Shown here: piece after piece, positions 55,710 through 59,474 of the stretch | Layout of the letters: the number at the start of each line of letters is the position of its first letter | Position numbering within the stretch: position 1 is the stretch's first letter | From: a virus | Taxonomy: Duplodnaviria > Caudoviricetes | Length of the DNA: 59,474 nucleotides | Strand: one strand, 5' to 3' | Virus record (IMG/VR): IMGVR_UViG_3300001352_002199 | Location: 1 to 59,474 of that record | The notes under the pieces: model-generated | What the model saw: the letters and a program-made list of their open reading frames with translations, nothing else | Told to the model about the DNA's origin: nothing | The model's database searches: none | Program-made: the position numbers and the translations under genes

Positions 55710-56968
55710 AAAGAAGGTACCTCCCCTTCAATCCTTTCCATCCAACCTTTAGATTTAGAGTGAGGCCAGACAAGCCATTTGGATGGAACTACAGACGTTT
55801 CAAATTGACGCCAAAACCTTATGAATTCATCTTTCGGGTTTTCATTTAGTAACTTTTGAACTTCTTGCTCGTTGGCATCTAAGCGAATCATCTCTTCTCC
55901 ATCTTTATCTTTGAATGCCATTACCCAAACATCATAGTCGCTCTCACTAAACATAGGTTTATGCATATCAATACAATACTTAAATTGAGACACGAATTTT
56001 GATTCATAATCTTTTTTACTTTTAAATGGAACTGGTGGCTCATTTTTATCTAAGGTGTGTTGATGTATTTTTCTATCACTGAATTGAATGCCTGAATACT
56101 TTTCATAATCTTCGAGAGACCTAACCTTTCCTAATCCATATTTTTTAAAATGAACCCTACGCAACCCGTCCATTCCAAATAACTTCCTATACCTTTCGAA
56201 ACTTTTTTTGTTTAACTCTGCCCACTTAGATACATCGTCCCAATGACGCTTTCTACCTTCTCTTGTGTAGTGATGCCATACCAAGGGCTTGGGTAAATGA
56301 AATAGATCGTAACCATGAGTGAAGGCCCTAACGGCAAGAGAGCTTTCTTCCCCATGGAAGTATAACTTAGGATCATAAGGAACTTCTTTAACGAAAGATC
56401 CATCGCAAAAAATAAAATGACCGCTAATAAATCTAGCTTTTTCAGGGAATTGTTTTTCTTGCCAACCCTGTATGGATTCAGGAAAAATAAAAACTGGACC
56501 TTCTGGCATAAAGCGATCAATATATGTGCGCCACACATCATTTAAGCGATCTTCCCCCTTAACATCTGGATTGTAGGAAGGTAAGTAAGATGACAATAGT
56601 GGTTTTTTATATCCCTCTTTTTTTAAACTGTTCAGGATCTTTTTAACTTCATAATCCCAGTCTTGAGTGAAGCGATGGTGGGAGTCTAATTGAAAATAAT
56701 ATTCCTCACCGTCATAAAATTCTTGAACTTTACTCCTGGCATGACAAACTCCAAGGCTTTTAGATGCGGGAGACTCTATAATTTTAAAGTTTTTTTTAGC
56801 TTTATATTCAGTTAAATCATTGAATTTATCATTTTGATGATACTGATTAGATATAGCGAAAACTAAATGTTGGGGAGATTTAGCTTTAGCTATACAGTCT
56901 TCGATGGTCGGTATTAACTCTGAGTCTCTGTATCCAGCAATGGAGATAAATATTTTATTCTTTTTCAT
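55706..56968 (-). CDS. GT60 (Skp1-type polypeptide GlcNAc-transferase-like) glycosyltransferase
   Basis: IFISIAGYRD.EL, QLDSHHRF, VPYDP..YFHGEE, RAFTHGYD, WHHYTR. Confidence 0.9.
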   Translation of the reverse strand: MKKNKIFISIAGYRDSELIPTIEDCIAKAKSPQHLVFAISNQYHQNDKFNDLTEYKAKKNFKIIESPASKSLGVCHARSKVQEFYDGEEYYFQLDSHHRFTQDWDYEVKKILNSLKKEGYKKPLLSSYLPSYNPDVKGEDRLNDVWRTYIDRFMPEGPVFIFPESIQGWQEKQFPEKARFISGHFIFCDGSFVKEVPYDPKLYFHGEESSLAVRAFTHGYDLFHLPKPLVWHHYTREGRKRHWDDVSKWAELNKKSFERYRKLFGMDGLRRVHFKKYGLGKVRSLEDYEKYSGIQFSDRKIHQHTLDKNEPPVPFKSKKDYESKFVSQFKYCIDMHKPMFSESDYDVWVMAFKDKDGEEMIRLDANEQEVQKLLNENPKDEFIRFWRQFETSVVPSKWLVWPHSKSKGWMERIEGEVPSF

Positions 56969-58052
56969 TTTCAAAAATTTTATTTATAGTATTATAAAAA
57001 TACTCCTTAAGATTTCCATTCGATTCGAATAATTCTAATAACTTTTTATCTCCTTGGACTTTTTCGGGGCACTCTATTTTTTTAGAGGAAATATCCTTTA
57101 ACGCTTCCTCATCAAATGATATCCATGCGCCTTTTTTTTCTATAAAACCCCATAGGTACATCATGTCAATAATTTCTTTTTCTAACCATATTGAATTTCC
57201 ATTGGTTCGCCCGTAGCGAATTGGGTATCGAACTTGAGCTCCAGTTTTTTCATTAACACTTTTACGAAAACGTATCTTGCAATAATGACCAGTTGGGTCA
57301 CCTTTGTCTTCTATCTTGGAAGCGGATGGATTTTCCCACATAATGTCGTTGTTGTAACGCTCTTCAAATTCCAGAATGAAGTTAGCATAATGTTTGATTG
57401 CATTACCGCCAGCTTGTTTAACTTTTGGGCCACCCCTAGCAGCGTATGGGTTGGCGGCTACTTCAACCCTGACCTGAGAAGTTAAAAGCATCATGTGCCC
57501 CATTTTAGTAATAGGTAGAACCATCTTTTTTAAGAACACGGAAGTTACCAATGCTCCACCAGCAACCTGTTCACTCTCACTGAACGGTTTATCCATGTCA
57601 TTCATGCGACACAAGGCATCAACGCTATCAACTATAAACATGTATTTTTTATTATCTTCATTATTAAAGACTAGGTCGCGAATAAATTCAAAAACTTTTT
57701 CAAAGATATTACAATCAAGGATGAATAATTTTTCTGGATCTTGGTCTACACCAGTTCTCTTAAGCATTTCAGGGCTGAGCCTACCTTCAGATTTAACCAC
57801 AACAACCATTCCATCTTTACCAAAATGATTCTGGAAGTTTTTCGCAAAAGTTAATGCACAACTGGTTTTCCCACCTTCATTAATACCTGTAAACCTATGA
57901 GCTCCAGCTGGAAGACCTCCACCTAAAGCTAAATCTAAATTTAGGCTTCCGCTTGATATCTTATATTCTTCTTCATTAAAGGAATTAAAATGATATTTCT
58001 TATTATCTTTATTATCTAAAAATTTATTAATTTGCTCTAACGTCTTACTCAT
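56955..58052 (-). CDS. recA: RecA/UvsX-like recombinase
   Basis: ISSGSLNLDLALGGGLP, GINEGGKT, IVDSVDAL, SQVR, GGNAIKHY. Confidence 0.88.
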   Translation of the reverse strand: MSKTLEQINKFLDNKDNKKYHFNSFNEEEYKISSGSLNLDLALGGGLPAGAHRFTGINEGGKTSCALTFAKNFQNHFGKDGMVVVVKSEGRLSPEMLKRTGVDQDPEKLFILDCNIFEKVFEFIRDLVFNNEDNKKYMFIVDSVDALCRMNDMDKPFSESEQVAGGALVTSVFLKKMVLPITKMGHMMLLTSQVRVEVAANPYAARGGPKVKQAGGNAIKHYANFILEFEERYNNDIMWENPSASKIEDKGDPTGHYCKIRFRKSVNEKTGAQVRYPIRYGRTNGNSIWLEKEIIDMMYLWGFIEKKGAWISFDEEALKDISSKKIECPEKVQGDKKLLELFESNGNLKEYFYNTINKIFENEKE

Positions 58053-58380
58053 CTAGGAATCTTCTTATTGTTTTAGGTTTACTGTTGATTACTATATCAC
58101 AGCCAGACTTATCTGTCAACTCTATTTTTTTGTATTCTGGGATCTTATAATGAAATTCCTTGTATTTTTTATCTAAGAGAAATTTACCATAATCAGACTG
58201 TAATATTACGAGTGAATCCCAGTCATTTTCAAAATGTATTTTCTGCCAAAAGTCTTCATTTGGATACTTCTCCATTAAACGTTTTAATATTCCGTATTCA
58301 CGAGTCCAGAATGGACCCTTGATGGATTTAGGAGGAGTAATTAAGCGAAGTACTATTTGCTTTTTATTTAACTTAGCCAC
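58045..58380 (-). CDS. hypothetical protein
   Basis: Likely GTG start (MAKLNKK) 8 nt after a sigma70 -10. Confidence 0.6.
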   Translation of the reverse strand: MAKLNKKQIVLRLITPPKSIKGPFWTREYGILKRLMEKYPNEDFWQKIHFENDWDSLVILQSDYGKFLLDKKYKEFHYKIPEYKKIELTDKSGCDIVINSKPKTIRRFLDE

Positions 58381-58388
58381 AGTTAAAT

Positions 58389-58417
58389 ACTGTAGCACAT
58401 AATTTACCTAAAGTCAA
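58389..58417 (-). promoter_or_regulatory. sigma70-type promoter
   Basis: TTGACT-N17-TACAGT (TG extension). Confidence 0.62.
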
Positions 58418-59431
58418 TTAAAAATCATCTTCGAGGGAGCCGCTTTGTTGATACTCTCTAACTCTACGCTCGAAGAAATTACCCATAGCTTGCACATCAA
58501 CAACTTCACCAAGCCAAGGAAAGGGATTCTTGTCGCTAGGGAAGCGATAGTCTAAACCTATAGCTTCTAACCTACGGTTTCCTATATAGTGCATATAATC
58601 GACGAACATTTCAGCATTAAGGCCAAGGATTCCAGTAGGAAGAACATCGTGAGCATAAGCTATCTCAAGCTCAACAGCTTTTTTAATATGAGAAACGAAT
58701 TCGTCTTGGATTTCTTTAGTCCAAATTTCTGGGTTTTGTTCAATAAGAGTATTAATTAAGTATGTACCAAAAGCAATATGGGAACTTTCATCTCTTAGTG
58801 TGTATTTAATTTGATCAGAAACACCCTGAAGTTTATTTTGTCTACCAAGAGCTAAAAGCATAGCGAAACCACTAAAGAAAAATGTGCCTTCACATACAAT
58901 CCAATAAGTTAAGAAATTTCTGAGGATTTCCTGCTTTCCTTCTTTAGTTGTTGAGTCAAAATCCTGACGACTAATATCATCAGTAATACTCATTAAGAAA
59001 TCATCTTTAGCTTTGATACTAGGAATATTTTCGTAAGCCGCAAAAACTTCTTCGATTTCAAGATCTAAGCTGTCACATATATAAACTACCGTAAGATTGT
59101 GAAGACTCTCTTCGAAAGCTTGGCGCAAAATGTACTGACGACATTCAGCATCCGTGATAAAGCGAAAAGCAGAGAGTAACAAATTGTTACCAACCAAAGA
59201 CTCAGATCCAGCAAAAAATCCAAGACAACGTTTAACAAGTAGTTTTTCATCTTCTGTAATTTCATTGTTTTTCCATTGTTTTATATCTGATTGCATACTA
59301 ATTTCAGTAGGCATCCAGTTGTTAGCGCAACTTTTAAGAAATAAATCCCATGCATATTTATGTTTGTGTGGTAAGATGCGGTTTACACCAGCTATATTTT
59401 TAGTAAGTAATTCTCCAGTTTTTGTGTCCAT
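58418..59431 (-). CDS. nrdB: ribonucleotide reductase beta subunit, class Ic-type (no radical Tyr)
   Basis: FFAGSESLVGNN, RQAFEESLHNLTV, EGTFFFSGF, RDESSH, NFFERRVREYQ. Confidence 0.93.
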   Translation of the reverse strand: MDTKTGELLTKNIAGVNRILPHKHKYAWDLFLKSCANNWMPTEISMQSDIKQWKNNEITEDEKLLVKRCLGFFAGSESLVGNNLLLSAFRFITDAECRQYILRQAFEESLHNLTVVYICDSLDLEIEEVFAAYENIPSIKAKDDFLMSITDDISRQDFDSTTKEGKQEILRNFLTYWIVCEGTFFFSGFAMLLALGRQNKLQGVSDQIKYTLRDESSHIAFGTYLINTLIEQNPEIWTKEIQDEFVSHIKKAVELEIAYAHDVLPTGILGLNAEMFVDYMHYIGNRRLEAIGLDYRFPSDKNPFPWLGEVVDVQAMGNFFERRVREYQQSGSLEDDF

Positions 59432-59474
59432 AGATATATATCGATAGTTTTATTGTTTTAGTTTAGAGAAAATT

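Noticed and set aside
30703-56541. Alternate-frame minus-strand ORFs (30703..30981, 32075..32278, 33481..33753, 42012..42203, 48379..48609, 49456..49656, 56212..56541)
   Set aside because: Nested in or overlapping better-supported genes; no recognisable features.

Overview
AT-rich, gene-dense segment (almost all genes on the minus strand, standard genetic code) of a large tailed bacteriophage genome. Host clues point to the PVC superphylum, most likely marine Verrucomicrobiota/Opitutae: an ECF sigma of the Rhodopirellula/Verrucomicrobium type, an Opitutae-like HPF, a TorF/Gcw_chp porin and a class Ic-type NrdB. The window has five parts. (i) A replication and nucleotide-metabolism module: nrdB, recA-like, dnaB, primase, a PD-(D/E)XK exonuclease, a DnaE split into separate PHP, DEDDh and polymerase genes, dCMP deaminase and dNMP kinase. 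(ii) Translation and proteostasis genes: tmRNA, tRNA-Ser, tRNA-Thr, HPF and a ClpA/C ATPase. (iii) A C5 methyltransferase with a putative restriction nuclease. (iv) Two HNH endonucleases flanking a tRNA. (v) Three large glycan-modification blocks with about 28 genes: rhamnose synthesis, five sulfotransferases, GT2/GT60/GT61/HtrL/DUF616/DUF5672 glycosyltransferases and O-methyltransferases. Two recurrent promoter classes can be read directly from the sequence: sigma70 TTGAC[AT]-N17-TAnnnT, and a GTGTA-N9-start-codon motif. Both imply leaderless or very short-leader mRNAs. All family assignments are by eye from motifs; no database search was run.
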